Part shown: one piece after another, positions 22,507 through 36,888 of the stretch
Numbering within the stretch: position 1 is the stretch's first letter
Layout: each line of letters starts with the position of its first letter
Source: Octopus bimaculoides
Taxonomy: Eukaryota
Length of the DNA stretch: 64,000 bases
Direction: 5' to 3'
Assembly: GCF_001194135.2 (NCBI RefSeq)
Contig: NC_068989.1
Location: 12,153,919-12,217,918 of the forward strand
The notes under the pieces: model-generated
The model's input: only the letters and a program-made list of their open reading frames with translations
Database searches by the model: none
What the model was told of the DNA's origin: nothing
Made by a program: the position numbers and the translations under genes

Positions 22507-25165
22507 ATATGTACGTATGTATGTATGTATGTATGTATGTATGTATGCATTTGTATGTAGTTGTATGTATACGTTTCCAGCAACACAGTGATCGTTAACT
22601 TCATTTAAAACTTTACTACTTGTTATATGGTATCAAATTTTTTCGGACTCCGAGACGTGTTTATGTTTTTTAGTCTTTCTTAATAGGCGGTACCAAAACT
22701 GAGGAGAAATAAACTCTGGCTCAAATATTTTACATAATTATTTAAACCAACCTCGCTTTTATTTCTCATAATTCTCTACTGCTCTTACTACTATTATTCT
22801 CATTATTATAATCAATTGCAACATTAATTGATTTTTTTTTTGAATATTTTTACAAACTAAAGAGAATGTTAAGAAGAAACTGTTGAGACTCTGCAGAGCA
22901 CGTATATCTTCTGTCTGTTGCCAAAATGAAATGATTCTGTAGTTTAACTCTGTACAATAGTTTACAAACTCTTACAACAACAGTCATGCATTAACAAGAT
23001 GTTGTCAATAAGACGTGAGGTGAAAGACCATGAGTTGGGCTGTGATATAACATTAACGAATGCGCCGAGAGGTAAATGAAAATTATGAGGGTGGCGCATT
23101 ACCTACCAGAAGTAGAAGGAATATATCTATAGTTGTGCACTTACAGCCTCAATAAATGTGATTTGATTGATTTCAAAGAATTAATGATATATTTTAGTAT
23201 ATATATATTTTTTTTTTAATTTCTGGCGAATGGTAAATATTCTAATAATTTTTCGCCGATATTAATTATACAATTATCGTAATGAGTACAATGCTGATTA
23301 TGATAATTCTACGCATGTGAAGATGACAGCATTAAGGAATATAATGAATAGTTAAGCCAGTGAATATTGCTTTTAATATTCCCGTGAAGTAGTGTTTCAT
23401 AAAAATATTGACAGAAAATGTAAAGAAATTTGCAGAACGCTTCCATAATAAAGTAAGAATTCGTATTTTGTCTCAATTTCTTTAACTGAATTTCCTGAGA
23501 TTTGTGAAGCAGGTGTTTGAAGCATTACATTATTATTACTCATTAATGGCTAATTTGTCTGGAACGAACATTTCTTAATTATCTTCTCATTTAGCCTGCT
23601 AATTGAAGCAAGCAGTTTGTCTGATACCTTGGTTTTGAATAATTAATTCATCACCACGTGAAATATAAAATATGAATATCGAACGAATAATTCTGGAGTT
23701 AAGAAGTTTTATCCTCATTAACATTTTATTATGCAATTCGATCTTAGAATCTAATAACTTTAGATTCACCGCTAACTTCTAGATGAGATGTGCGTTGATT
23801 AATGAAATCCGATATATTGCTTAAACTTGCGCAAATAATTGGCCATTTTAACAGTGATATTGCCTTTGTTTCCTCATATTATATTAGAAACTATTAACGT
23901 ATCATAAATTCACATGAAATTAAAATCTTTTGTTCTCAGATTGCTTGCAAATGTGTATAAATGCGTATACCTATATTTCTATATATTGAGGTCTACATTC
24001 CTATGCAGATATATATCAGTGTATGTACGTGTAAGAATGTTGATGGTTAGCACACTTTAAGACCATTCAATTATATAATAATATGTCTGATAGACGACTG
24101 CTTTGTTATAAAATGCATTGATATTGCTGTGATATAGATCTATTTTCGGCCTCCTTCTTTCCTCCTCATCTTGGACAATGTAAACCATTGTGATTTTATG
24201 CAAGTTGTGCTCAAACTCGCTCGGTTATTGCAAACAGCTGAATTTCTTACTGTCAATGGCAATCATATTCGTTCGAAGAGTGGGCACTCTTTATATATGT
24301 GTGTACGCATTGTGTGGACTCGCTCGTCACTTCGTCGGACATTGATCCAATATCATTCTCTCCCTGAATGCAGAGTCGAAACTGAAGATTTTCAGTTACA
24401 CCCTTTACCAATCCTCGTTGCCTATATCAGCTCATCGCTACTGTCTTTATGAAGAAAATGTGACAGTGTTGGTACCGATGTCTTTGTTTAATGAACAAAG
24501 TTCACCAGTAATACTATCATAGTGGGCATGGCTTATGCAGAGCCTGTCCCATCTTCTCTTCTTCTACTGGTCTGTTAGTTAATTTTTGAATGTTTTATAG
24601 AAAATATAAGTACTTTTATTTGTAAATTATAAGTTATTTGCTTTTAATTAGTTGTGTCTATTCTAGTTTTTCTTTGTAAGTGAACTTCACAAGGTATTGC
24701 CAATCCAAGAGGGCCAAAATTAAAGGCATAATCTGAAGTTAGACTTTAGGTTGATAATCTTCACATTCTTCATTATTTCGGCTAGATATTTTCGATTTTC
24801 CTTACACTTTGCCTTTCTGCTACATGGTGCTACATGGTACATTGCAACAGAAGGCAAGGACAATACGCGACTTGCCTTCGAAACGCGAAGTAGATGGAAC
24901 AGGGACAACTGACGAAGGGATGTACACTTTATGTTGCATGTCTCGTTTCTCTGTTTGTTTTTTTCGTTGTTCGAAAAAAGTTCGTTTTCTGTTTTCGTTT
25001 TTCTGTTTTCGTTTCTCATTGTTTTTTTTAACGTTTTTCTTGATGTCCTGTACCCATGTATGCATGTATGTATACATATAGATGTAGGTATGTACATATA
25101 TATATTTATATATTATTTATATTATTATATGATCTGAAGCCACGCATCCTGTTCCAAGTAAGTTT

Positions 25166-25197
<32 letters not shown>

Positions 25198-26174
25198 CCT
25201 ATCAGGTTAAAAGAAACTACATTCTACTTGTTACTATTATTATTCTTGATTCTTGTAAATTAACATTTGAAATGTTTCGTCTGATTTCAGCACTATATTT
25301 AAGATACGTCCACATACTCTGTCCCGTCCCATATAACTTTGTAATTTCTATCGCCTTTGGAAGTAATACGGTTTTTGTTCATAGAAAAAAAATAGAAACA
25401 CTTATTTTGAATCAAGTCTTCATTTTTACCTTTAACGTCGGAATAGGTCCATTCTTCAGTTGCTATGAAAGAAATATGAAGAATTTTATATAATGTATTC
25501 TTGCGTCTTCATATTTTTTACTCTCCTTCAATTTTCTATAATTTGCGAAATCTCGAACGCCTAAAACATCTAATGCTAAATATTCTCTAAAAACGGACAC
25601 CTTTTCCTGATTAGATAATTTTATAATTAAGCAACCATTTATCTTACTAAACAGTACATGTTCATATATTTTTACATGAGCAGATGCACGTTGTTCACGA
25701 TCTCATTGACAGTTTCCGACATCATTATACAATTTTAAAATTGTTCTTTCTACGAATTTTCATGCTGTTTTAGTCCTTACCGCTACCACCACGACATTAC
25801 TATAGAATTTTCATTTTGTCAGTCGTTATCTTAAATCGGTTTCCGTTTTGCCTGAGAACACATATTAATAGTTTTTCAGTTTGAAGCCGAGTTTTTACAT
25901 CTGTTACCGATCTGTTTGATTCAAAATTAACAGATCCAACTACGAAGTAACAAACATAATTCCCGTGGAACATTCAGTAATCAAATGGCGAAACTGTAGT
26001 ACAACTATTACTAATGACTCGTGAAGACAATACACAAGTATTGAATTGCTATTCCGCTAAAGAACTCGAAATAGATACAAAGAATCAAAACGAAATACTA
26101 CAAATGAGTAAAATTGCAGCTACTGTACAACTACGATCGGTAGAATTAAATTCAAGGTGTATAGTGAGAGAATA

Positions 26175-26412
26175 CAGTAATCCCTCACCATATTATGGTT
26201 CACCCATCGCACACTCTGAACACATCGCGGTTCACCTATCGCGCACTCAGTACATCGCGGATTTTTCTGGCTAATATATGTAAATTTATATCGCGGACTT
26301 CTCAGTATATCGCGGGTTTATGCGGCCGATAGATAGTTATAATTTTTTAGATATTAATCATTTCTGAGGGCGGTTTTGGAACGTAACAGCCGCGATAGTC
26401 GATAGATTACTG
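26175..26412. mobile_element. Tigger/pogo-type MITE, different interior
   Basis: TA|CAGTAATCCCTC left TIR; degenerate GATTACTG right TIR; repeated ATCGCG subterminal motifs. Confidence 0.7.
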
Positions 26413-27820
26413 AATATCATAATCAAGGCCTTATATTCATTTAATTTTCCTTAGTATTTGAACTGTACATTTATTAATGTTTCATTTAAATGGTAGTTAA
26501 TCATTTTATCTGTTTAATTGCTTTGAAGAATTTTTTTTAGTCAGTCAATCAGCAACGTATATACGGTTTATGCTCTTTCTTTCAGGTAGGTTTCATTATG
26601 CATTCAGGTTTGATATGTTATATTTTACACACAAACACATCGAAATTGCTTTAATTTCTGTAACATAACCTACGACAGTTTAAATATGAGGGGAACAACA
26701 TGAGCAAATTTGAGACCTGCCGACTTCGCCTATACCAGCCTACTTCGCATCACTTGAGAGCACGTGGTGCCAGAAAAGGCTTTGAAAGGGCGACGTTTAA
26801 CGTTATTTAAGAAGTATACAGTTCTGTTAGCGTGGAGCATGTAAACGGGTGCAGAATTGTTTATTTCATAACATATGTATGTATATATTTGTTTGCATGT
26901 CTCGTCAAATTCGATGCTCCTGTTAACAAGTGATGCAGTACATTGCGGACAATGTAGGTTCGCAAGCGATTAAATCCGCACCCTGACCGTGCATTGCCTG
27001 GTAAGATGTATTTCTATAATCTTGGCAGAACAATAATTTGAATTTACTCAAAGAACGGACAGGGGCAACAGCTACATAGCAATTGTGCACGAGGATACAG
27101 AAATGCTGGAAATGGTAAGCAAGATCGACTGCTTATGGAATGAAAAAATGCTAATTATGGTCAGGATATTTCTCTGAAAAAGGAAAAAGAATTGGAAATT
27201 TAAACTTTGTGATAGTGTAGCAACACTTGAACGGAATGGAATGGAATGTTCCGATATAATATCTGTTCGTGTTTATAGTCCGATCGCCTGATATGTTTGT
27301 ACTATAAGAAATTCTTTCTCTAATGCAAAAATGTGTATTGCTGACGGTGCAAGCTCAATTAACTTTCGGCGAAAGTACGCGCTGTTATATTTACCAATGT
27401 GACACATGCATGCAATTTACTCGTACAGAAATATAAAACGGACTGACAAAGTTCAGTGAACGGACACATTCGAGATCGAACAGACAGCTATGATGAAATA
27501 TGTATGAGCGAATGCATGTATGTATGTGTTTCACAATGTGATTATGCAAACTTAAAAGCGTTTTGGATCCTAATTTTCTGACGACGCATATCTCTCTTTC
27601 CGTTGTTTTACAATTCGTCTTTTATTCTTCATCTCTTTCTCTTTATCTCGCTATACATACATAAAAAACATACATACATACATGCATACATACTGACAGA
27701 CACTCACACACACACACACAAACATAAATACATACATAAACACATGTATATTGATATACATACATATATGTACACACACGTATATTGATATACATACATA
27801 TATTTAGAAAACATATATAT

Positions 27821-28233
27821 ATAGACGTAGGAGTGGCTGTGTGGTAAGTAGCTTGCTTACGAACCACATGGTTCCGGGTTCAGTCCCACTGCGTGGCACC
27901 TTGGGCAAGTGTCTTCTACTATAGCCTCGGGCCGACCAAAGCCTTGTGAGTGGATTTGGTAGACGGAAACTGAAAGAAGCCCGTCGTATATATGTATATA
28001 TATATGTGTATGTGTGTATATGTTGTGTATCTGTGTTTGTCCCCCCAACATCGCTTGACAACCGATGCTGGTGTGCTTAGGTCTCCGTAACTTCGCGGTT
28101 CGGCAAAATGAGACCGATCGAATAAGTACTAGGCTTACAAAGAATAAGTCCTGGGATCGATTTGATTCGACTAAAGGCGGTGCTCCAGCATGGCCGCAGT
28201 CAAATGACTGAAACAAGTAAAAGAATAAAAGAA
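27821..28233 (+). mobile_element. SINE family B, full-length gap-free copy (tRNA head, CORE-like CCTTGGGCAAGT, short internal TA/TG repeat)
   Basis: A-box-like TGGCTGTGTGG, B-box-like GGTTCAGTCCC, AAGTAAAAGAATAAAAGAA tail. OR-type Octopus CORE-SINE by resemblance only. Confidence 0.9.
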
Positions 28234-29740
28234 TATGTAGCTATGTACCTACTTTTGTGTGTATGCGACAAATTTTGTATATTGTACATATACATGCATA
28301 TATACAGAAATGCATGCCATACACATATACATATATTATAAAATGTACATAAACATATGGATGCAAATATGTATTATGCTTCTACATAGAATTGTATGTA
28401 AACTTAATACGGACACTACTTGTCTATAGACAGGCATACACGTATATATATATATATATATATATATATATNNNNNNNNNNNNNNNNNNNNNNNNNNNNN
28501 NNNNNNNNNNNNNNNNNNNNNNNNNNNNNNNNNNNNNNNNNNNNNNNNNNNNNNNNNNNNNNNNNNNNNNNNNNNNNNNNNNNNNNNNNNNNNNNNNNNN
28601 NNNNNNNNNNNNNNNNNNNNNNNNNNNNNNNNNNNNNNNNNNNNNNNNNNNNNNNNNNNNNNNNNNNNNNNNNNNNNNNNNNNTATATATGTATTTATAT
28701 ACGCACATATATACATTGCTGTGTATAACAATTTATATGTGTGTGTGTGTATGTGTGAGTACACACATCCATATGCATATTGACGGAGCCATTCCTTTTC
28801 ACCAACACACATCGATTCAGCGTGAAAATATTTTTGTATCTGGTGTGGGCGCCTAATTTAATTGCATTCTGCAGTTAAAATATTAGATCATTGATTTAAA
28901 CGATGAAATTCGACGGATTTTTAAATATATAGATCAATAAATAATTAATTAAGTCTCGATTTAATTTTGTCATATTTCTTTACATTTCCACCCCAAGGAA
29001 TGGAAATGCTGAAACTAATTGGTTCTGAACGCTAGCAAGAATACAATTAAATCAGCCTGCTGACTGAATTAAACGTCCGCTAACTTGCTTTCACTTTATT
29101 AACTATGTTTCATAGTCACTACTCTTGCGGTATAAAAATGTTAGTATCTATTTGTATTTTTTTATCGAAACTAAATAATTATATTTCAATAAAATCTAAT
29201 GTTACACATTAAGCAAGCTTGCACAAATACGAATAGGGAGATATAAGTGGTGGAAAAAAAATCATCAGATACGTTTTATCCTACGGATTAGCTGCAGGAT
29301 ATTCGAAGATCGTCTTTCGATGGTGTCTTAAAGCATCACTATGTTGGAAATCCTTTTGCATCTTCAACAAGTATCTCCAGTCACATGCACGTCTCGCGAA
29401 GCGTGTAATCCTCGCCATAGCGGGATTATGCGGAATGAACTAGCCTTCGCCAACAGAAGGATTCTGTGTGCGGCCTTATGTCAGTGACAGCATCTTTGAA
29501 ATGCCTTTAGTTGTCATGTCTGTATAATAGGAAAATATCAATAAAAGTTAAAATGAAAAAATAATGAAAATAAAGCTAATAATATTATTTCAATAAAAAC
29601 TGCTGATACACAACATACAACCATAATGTCACCATTTTGTTTATACTTCTACCTTAGTTGATGGATTAAAGATATAGAAAAAGGTAATCAAGATGTAATA
29701 GTAACTACATCCAGAAATACAATATGAAGAAGGATGAGAT

Positions 29741-30006
29741 TTACTCTTTTACTCTTTTACTTGTTTCAGTCAGTTGACTGCTGCCATGCTGGAGCACCGC
29801 CTTTAGTCGAGCAACCCAGGACTTATTCTTTGGAAGCCTAGTACTTATTCTATCGGTCGCTTTTGTCGAACCTCTAAGTTACGGGGACGTAAACACACCA
29901 ACATCGGTTGTCAAGTGATGTTGGGGGACAAACACAGACACACAAACATACCCACCCACACACACATATACATACACATACATACACATACATACATACA
30001 TGCATT

Positions 30007-30052
<46 letters not shown>

Positions 30053-30645
30053 NNNNNNNNNNNNNNNNNNNNNNNNNNNNNNNNNNNNNNNNNNNNNNNN
30101 NNNNNNNNNNNNNNNNNNNNNNNNNNNNNNNNNNNNNNNNNNNNNNNNNNNNNNNNNNNNNNNNNNNNNNNNNNNNNNNNNNNNNNNNNNNNNNNNNNNN
30201 NNNNNNNNNNNNNNNNNNNNNNNNNNNNNNNNNNNNNNNNNNNNNNNNNNNNNNNNNNNNNNNNNNNNNNNNNNNNNNNNNNNNNNNNNNNNNNNNNNNN
30301 NNNNNNNNNNNNNNNNNNNNNNNNNNNNNNNNNNNNNNNNNNNNNNNNNNNNNNNNNNNNNNNNNNNNNNNNNNNNNNNNNNNNNNNNNNNNNNNNNNNN
30401 NNNNNNNNNNNNNNNNNNNNNNNNNNNNNNNNNNNNNNNNNNNNNNNNNNNNNNNNNNNNNNNNNNNNNNNNNNNNNNNNNNNATATATGAGGGGCTTCT
30501 TTCAGTTTCCGTCTACCAAATCCACTCACAAGGCTTCGGTCGGCCCGAGGCTATAGTAGAAGACACTTGCCCAATGTGCCACGCAGTGGGACTGAACCCG
30601 GAACCATGTGGTTGGTAGGCAAGCTACTTACCACACAGCCACTCC
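29741..30645 (-). mobile_element. SINE family B with long internal microsatellite and gap
   Basis: Both halves match the reverse complement of 27821-28233. Confidence 0.9.
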
Positions 30646-33043
30646 TTCAGTCTCTATAATTGATGCCCCATCGTTTCTACAGACCTTAGTTTCGATTAAA
30701 CGTACCTATGTACAAAGGTATCTCATTCGACAGGAGCATATCAATCAATCAATCAGAAATTACATTATCCATTGAGTCATGACCATTCAATGGTCACAGC
30801 AGGATTTAAGGATTCAAGCAAGACTTGTTTGCTATTGCTTTCAAATGCAGCGATTGCACGCACAACGGCTATTTATCTATGATATGAGTGGAGAGACAGC
30901 ACATCTACGATGTAACCAAATATAACCAATAAATATAATCGGATGTATACGTAGCACGTGATACGAAGATGTCATATTCACGCTTGATTTTGTGAACTTT
31001 ATGTCATAGATATCTAAACAAAGAACGTAAAAGGAGAGTCTGTTTTGCGGGATTGTGTGTGTGTGTGTGTATGTGTATGTGATTATGTTTCTGAAGGGGA
31101 GAAAAAGTGAGATGGAAAATGTGTAATTAAAATTGAAAATCACAAAGGAAAACAGAACAGAGTACAAAGCGATGTAGAAAAGTGAATATTGAAAGAAATC
31201 TGATTATTTCCAATTAATTTTTGATCGAAGACTAAAAAACACACGAGAAAATCGCTCAAACTATCGGCAATAAACAAATGAATTTATTGTTCGATTTAAC
31301 CGCAGGTCAATCCTTTATGATTTACGATAAATTAAGTTTCCACTGTCCCGTCTTTATNNNNNNNNNNNNNNNNNNNNNNNNNNNNNNNNNNNNNNNNNNN
31401 NNNNNNNNNNNNNNNNNNNNNNNNNNNNNNNNNNNNNNNNNNNNNNNNNNNNNNNNNNNNNNNNNNNNNNNNNNNNNNNNNNNNNNNNNNNNNNNNNNNN
31501 NNNNNNNNNNNNNNNNNNNNNNNNNNNNNNNNNNNNNNNNNNNNNNNNNNNNNNNNNNNNNNNNNNNNNNNNNNNNNNNNNNNNNNNNNNNNNNNNNNNN
31601 NNNNNNNNNNNNNNNNNNNNNNNNNNNNNNNNNNNNNNNNNNNNNNNNNNNNNNNNNNNNNNNNNNNNNNNNNNNNNNNNNNNNNNNNNNNNNNGTATAC
31701 ACATTAGTGCTTCAGTTTCATTCTGAATTTTGTTTCTGAGGTGGTTATTAAGTTTAAGAGCTTGGGCTATGTGATAAGAGATACCCAGTAACTATAATTG
31801 AATGACATGACTATATTCTAAAAATGTATGAAAATATATACAAAAAAAGAAATGTTTTTTTAAAAGTGATTATGTTTGTCCTGCTTAAAGCGGCTGTACG
31901 TAAATGCGAACTTTGGATTCTTTTGAAATGTATGCTGAACAAATTTTGTGAAACAATACCTATACAATGCGTATATGTATAAATGTGTATATGTCAAGCT
32001 CAACATCCCTGAGAACTACATTAAAGGTACGTGTGACTGTGGGGTGCTCAGCCACTTGCACGTTAATCATTCAAGCAGGCTGTTCCGTTGATCGGATCAA
32101 CTGGAACACTTGTCGATGTAACTGACGAAGTGCCAGTTGATTACAACACAGTTTTAAACAATGCGTTTAGAAATCCTGCTTCCAGCTCTGCTTAGCCTAT
32201 TGTACCACCTACAATGTCCGATTCTGTCTTCCGCTTTCAGTTTCTTTTGATACGTCTGCTTCAGTTTTATGATTCATAGCCAAGGCTTGTGTGTTGAAAA
32301 ATCACTTAGCCTTTCATATTACCTAATTCTGTAACAATAGTTGAAAGATCCAACGCAGGCAAACGTTATGTGGGAAGGTTGAAATTTTGACTCACTGTTA
32401 TAATACTTCTGCATGAGAATCAATTTAAGTATACACACCAAGGGAATACTCGATAATTCAAAGAGAGAGAAGCTCTGTTGCTGATCGTCTAAAGTTTACT
32501 TTTCTGTATATACGTATTTATGTAAATCTATTTAAATTTATACATACATATAGATTTCTCTCTCTCTCTATCTTTGTGTATGTGTTTGTGTCTGTGTGCA
32601 TGAATATATATATATATGTATGTATGTATTTATGCATGTATGTGTGTATACAAGCNNNNNNNNNNNNNNNNNNNNNNNNNNNNNNNNNNNNNNNNNNNNN
32701 NNNNNNNNNNNNNNNNNNNNNNNNNNNNNNNNNNNNNNNNNNNNNNNNNNNNNNNNNNNNNNNNNNNNNNNNNNNNNNNNNNNNNNNNNNNNNNNNNNNN
32801 NNNNNNNNNNNNNNNNNNNNNNNNNNNNNNNNNNNNNNNNNNNNNNNNNNNNNNNNNNNNNNNNNNNNNNNNNNNNNNNNNNNNNNNNNNNNNNNNNNNN
32901 NNNNNNNNNNNNNNNNNNNNNNNNNNNNNNNNNNNNNNNNNNNNNNNNNNNNNNNNNNNNNNNNNNNNNNNNNNNNNNNNNNNNNNNNNNNNNNNNNNNN
33001 NNNNNNNNNNNNNNNNNNNNNNNNNNNNNNNNNNNNNNNNNNN

Positions 33044-33088
<45 letters not shown>

Positions 33089-33862
33089 TTATGCATGTAT
33101 GTGTGTATACAAGCAAACACACTCTGACTCACATATAACAAATACATATATTTATACGTTTATACGTATGTATATATGAACATCTATACGTATGTATATA
33201 CGTATGTGTATACGTTTACATATGTATATGTATGTGGGTGGGTGTTTGATGTGTAAATTTGTGCATGCGAGTATGGCGGTGTGTCTGTCTATATGTGACT
33301 TTTTAAATAATAAATGAAATCGTATTAACAATATTTTTTTTAAAATATTTCATCAATAAATATTGTGAAATCTGATATTTCAGTCTGACAATGTTTCTAC
33401 TGAATTTGTTTTCCGAATTAATTCCAACGACTTTTTGATTTATGAGGAATGTGTGGAAATTAAATAATAACAGTTTTGCAAAAAAAAAAAATACTTTCAT
33501 GTCTGTCTGTTTGTCTCACACCCTGTCTCCCTATGTTCAATCTTTAGCTCCCTCTCTCATTCAGTCATTTACTTACTCCTTCACGAACTCACTCACGCGT
33601 ACACATTCTCTCTCTCTCTCTCGATCGATCGATATATCTATCAATCTGTGTGTATGTACACGTATACACAGACACAAACACGCACACACATATGTATGTA
33701 CATGTGTTTATATATTTTGTGCATCTGCATGTATTTTATACGGGCGTGTTCGTATACATACATACATTTACACACACCCATATATACAAAAAATTACACA
33801 TAAATTTGCATCTATATATACATACAGACACACATATATATGTACATATATGTATGTATATA

Positions 33863-33927
<65 letters not shown>

Positions 33928-33941
33928 TAATAATATTAATA
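33863..33941. repeat. (TAA)n microsatellite
   Basis: Near-pure run. Confidence 0.95.
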
Positions 33942-34153
33942 ATGCTAACTGGAACGACTCATGTACTGAGAAGAGCATTATCGCTGTGAAAACAACATCC
34001 ATTCATGAATTTTTTCCCTTAAATACATGTTTTACCAGTGAATTTGCGTGTGTAAACTGGGAATGCATATAACGAGTTTCTCTGCCCTAGGTGTACGGAA
34101 AACACTCGGCGAGAAATGGAAGAAAATTTGAAGAAAGAAGAAAAAAAGAAAAC
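33942..34153 (+). mobile_element. Extremely 5'-truncated R4/Dong-like LINE inside a (TAA)n array
   Basis: LTGTTHVLRRALSL* (stop 33987-33989), ~165-nt UTR, A-rich end, then (TAA)n resumes at 34154. Confidence 0.7.
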
Positions 34154-35339
34154 ATAATAATAATAATAATATTAATTTAAGTATAAATATAAAAAGATTA
34201 TAAGTTTATATTATGCATATATTTGTGTCTGTATATATATATATATGAGAGGTATTGATATCCAGAAGACCCAAGATGGCAGGTAACGCTATGTAAGTGC
34301 TATGGAAGGACCGTAGTTAAACTCTCGGTTCGATAATGATACGAGTGAGGAGTCTAATGCGGGTCTTGTATGAGCATGTCTATGTTAAATAATATGCGAC
34401 AACGAAGCCAAGGCTCTGTGGAATTTTCAGGACATTTATAAAGAGAAAGTTTCTGATAAAATAAATGCTTGGTTTAAATAAGCACAAGGGAAAATTTATG
34501 TGACTGACATCTTGAATCCGGTAGCCCAGCATAGCACTGCAATCCAATGAATATAACAAGTATAATTAAAATATAACGTACATATGTAATATGTTTTTAG
34601 TCAACGAAAAAGAAAAGACGATATCAGTTCAAACATACCAATGTTATATAATTATTATTGTCTGGCATTTGTGATCCACACTAGCTGCACTTTATGCAAC
34701 ATTTCATGCGTCAGAAGGTTATCCTGTAGCAGCGTTCATCGGCGGTTTACTAAGATAAAGCGTAACGCTATGATGGTGACAAGTAAAATGATGGCGAAGA
34801 TTTTAGGCAGCGCATGGCTCATGATAGAAGCTTAATAGGCGAGATTTTCTTTTTATAACTTTTTACTTGTTACGATCAACACTCATATAATTAGCAGAGA
34901 CCTCTCTGAAATGACACCCTGAACCTAAACAAAAGGAGATGACACGTTGTATAATGTAGACCCTGAGCGCAGAACAAAATTTAGTTACGCGTGTCAGTAT
35001 GTTTGTAAAAATCTTATACTACAAAAATACACATACAAACCCATCTCGTATAACAATGTGGCAAAAGATCCTGTAGAAATAGTAGAAAGTCTACATACAT
35101 TACAGAAAACCTCATTATGATAATTAAATAACGAAAGCGCGATCCAGATAGAAAATAGGAAAAAAATGTCATCTGTTATCTTAGCGGTAATCAAGTGCTT
35201 GTGCACTCGTGCTCTCCAACTCACTTGTTCATTCATTTTTTCTGTAATTCTTCCATTGTTTCATTATGTGTCTTGTCTTACTTCCCTTCTGCCTTTCATC
35301 CCGTAATGCATTTATACACACATAGATCTGTGTGTGAGT

Positions 35340-35370
35340 GCATACGTGTGTGTGTATATATATATGTGTG

Positions 35371-35427
<57 letters not shown>

Positions 35428-35569
35428 GTATGTATATATATATATGTATGTATGTATGTATATATAAGTATATATGAATATATGTATATAAATGTATGTA
35501 TGGATGTACATACGTACATATATATATATATATGTATACACACATACACATATATAGATAGATGAATAG

Positions 35570-35600
<31 letters not shown>

Positions 35601-35610
35601 GATAGACGTA
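35340..35610. repeat. Compound (TG)/(TA)/(TACA)/(GATA) microsatellite
   Basis: Direct inspection. Confidence 0.9.
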
Positions 35611-36231
35611 GATATTCACATCAAAAGACAAACATCTGAACCGCATATTCAAACTAGAAAATATATATATATTAACGAACCGCTCACTGAGAGTCGGAAA
35701 TTTGGATAATGTAAGCAACAACGTGAATAAGACAGAAATATTTGAGATGTGCATATTTCTCAGAATGGGCAATATATGCTGGAAAGACACAGTATCAATC
35801 GCTGCTATACTAGGAATGCTATTTGAAAGGCGAAACGCCAAACACACGCAACACCGAAAGTTTACTTCAGAAAGTTGTCTTATTTTGTTCATACGATTCC
35901 CCACAAGTCACTGCCCAAGACTATATTGAATACAAATGTGGAGGGAAGCTGAGCAAAAAGTCAGTAAAAGCATTTTCGGATTGACAACATCAGAGTTTGG
36001 ACTGGAAGCGACACTAGTGGATTGTATCCAATAGTATGTATGCAGTACAACGCATGGGGGAACTAGAGTCTTTTTAGGTAACACCTAGACAGGCAATACA
36101 TGAATGATAGCTAATTTTCTCTCTCTCACACACTGCCTTTCTCTCTCTCTCTCTCTGTTACTTTCTCTGTATATACAGACATATACATATATATGTGAGT
36201 GTGTGTGTGTATGTGTGTGTATATGTTTGTA

Positions 36232-36480
36232 TGTGGCCTGGTGGTTAGGCCGTTGCACTCATGATAACTAGATCGTGGGTTCTATTCCGAGATCGAGCGA
36301 CGCGTTGTGTTCTTGAGCAAAACATTTCCTGTTACGTTGTTCCAATCCCCCTTTTCGATCAGTGGGTGTAGGAATGTTGTCCTCCTCACCAAACCAGTGG
36401 GGTGGCGTCATTTAGTGGCGAGAATGCTGTGAAATGCATTGTGTCCAGCGATGTCTAACAATACCTGATAGTGTGTTCGT
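36232..36480 (+). mobile_element. SINE family C head and CORE-like domain with a different 3' part
   Basis: GTGGCCTGGTGGTTAGG head; CGCGTTGTGTTCTTGAGCAAAACATTT shared with 15838. Confidence 0.7.
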
Positions 36481-36724
36481 CTATAGTATTCGCGTAAGCG
36501 CCCCAGTCCATACATACACATGCGCGCCCGCACACCCGCGTGCTTACGCCTTTTTTCAGTTATCTCAGTTAATCTACAAGATAAATGTATAGCAGGTGTT
36601 CATGGTGTTTATATAATAACTACTAGTAGAAAGGAGGCGAACTGGCACAAAATTCGACAATTAGCGCTAAATAAACGTTTAGCAGGATTTATTCATATTA
36701 CTTAAAGTTCTAAGATTAAATTCA

Positions 36725-36835
36725 AACTCGCCTTTCTTCCTTTCGGTACCAATAAAGTAAGTATCAGGCGAGTATTGGAGTTGATTACATCGACTAGAGA
36801 CTCTCTCACCAAATTTGAGGAATTGTGCCTAAAAT
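36725..36835 (+). mobile_element. SINE family A, degenerate 3' half
   Basis: TCGCCTTTCTTCCTTTCGG..AAGTATCAG..ATCGACT..AAATTTGAGG..TTGTGCCTAAAATA. Confidence 0.5.
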
Positions 36836-36888
36836 ACGAGGAATTATGACTAATAGATACATTTATTTTTCCTGCCAATGTTCCTTTT

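Noticed and set aside
24850-24890. 9-bp stem GAAGGCAAG/CTTGCCTTC followed by GAAACGCG, hammerhead-like
   Set aside because: No CUGANGA upstream and no helix I; also the ORF 24809-25081 KR motif is insufficient to call a neuropeptide.
26900-27120. Two strong splice-donor matches (CTG|GTAAGA, ATG|GTAAGC)
   Set aside because: All upstream frames are closed, the intervening intron would be only ~28 nt, and there is no supporting gene structure.
27821-27900. tRNA-like A/B boxes at SINE heads
   Set aside because: No complete cloverleaf; each continues into SINE body, so they are not tRNA genes.
32600-33115. Identical ~50-bp sequence ending GTGTGTATACAAGC either side of a gap
   Set aside because: Probably redundant contig ends in low-complexity DNA.
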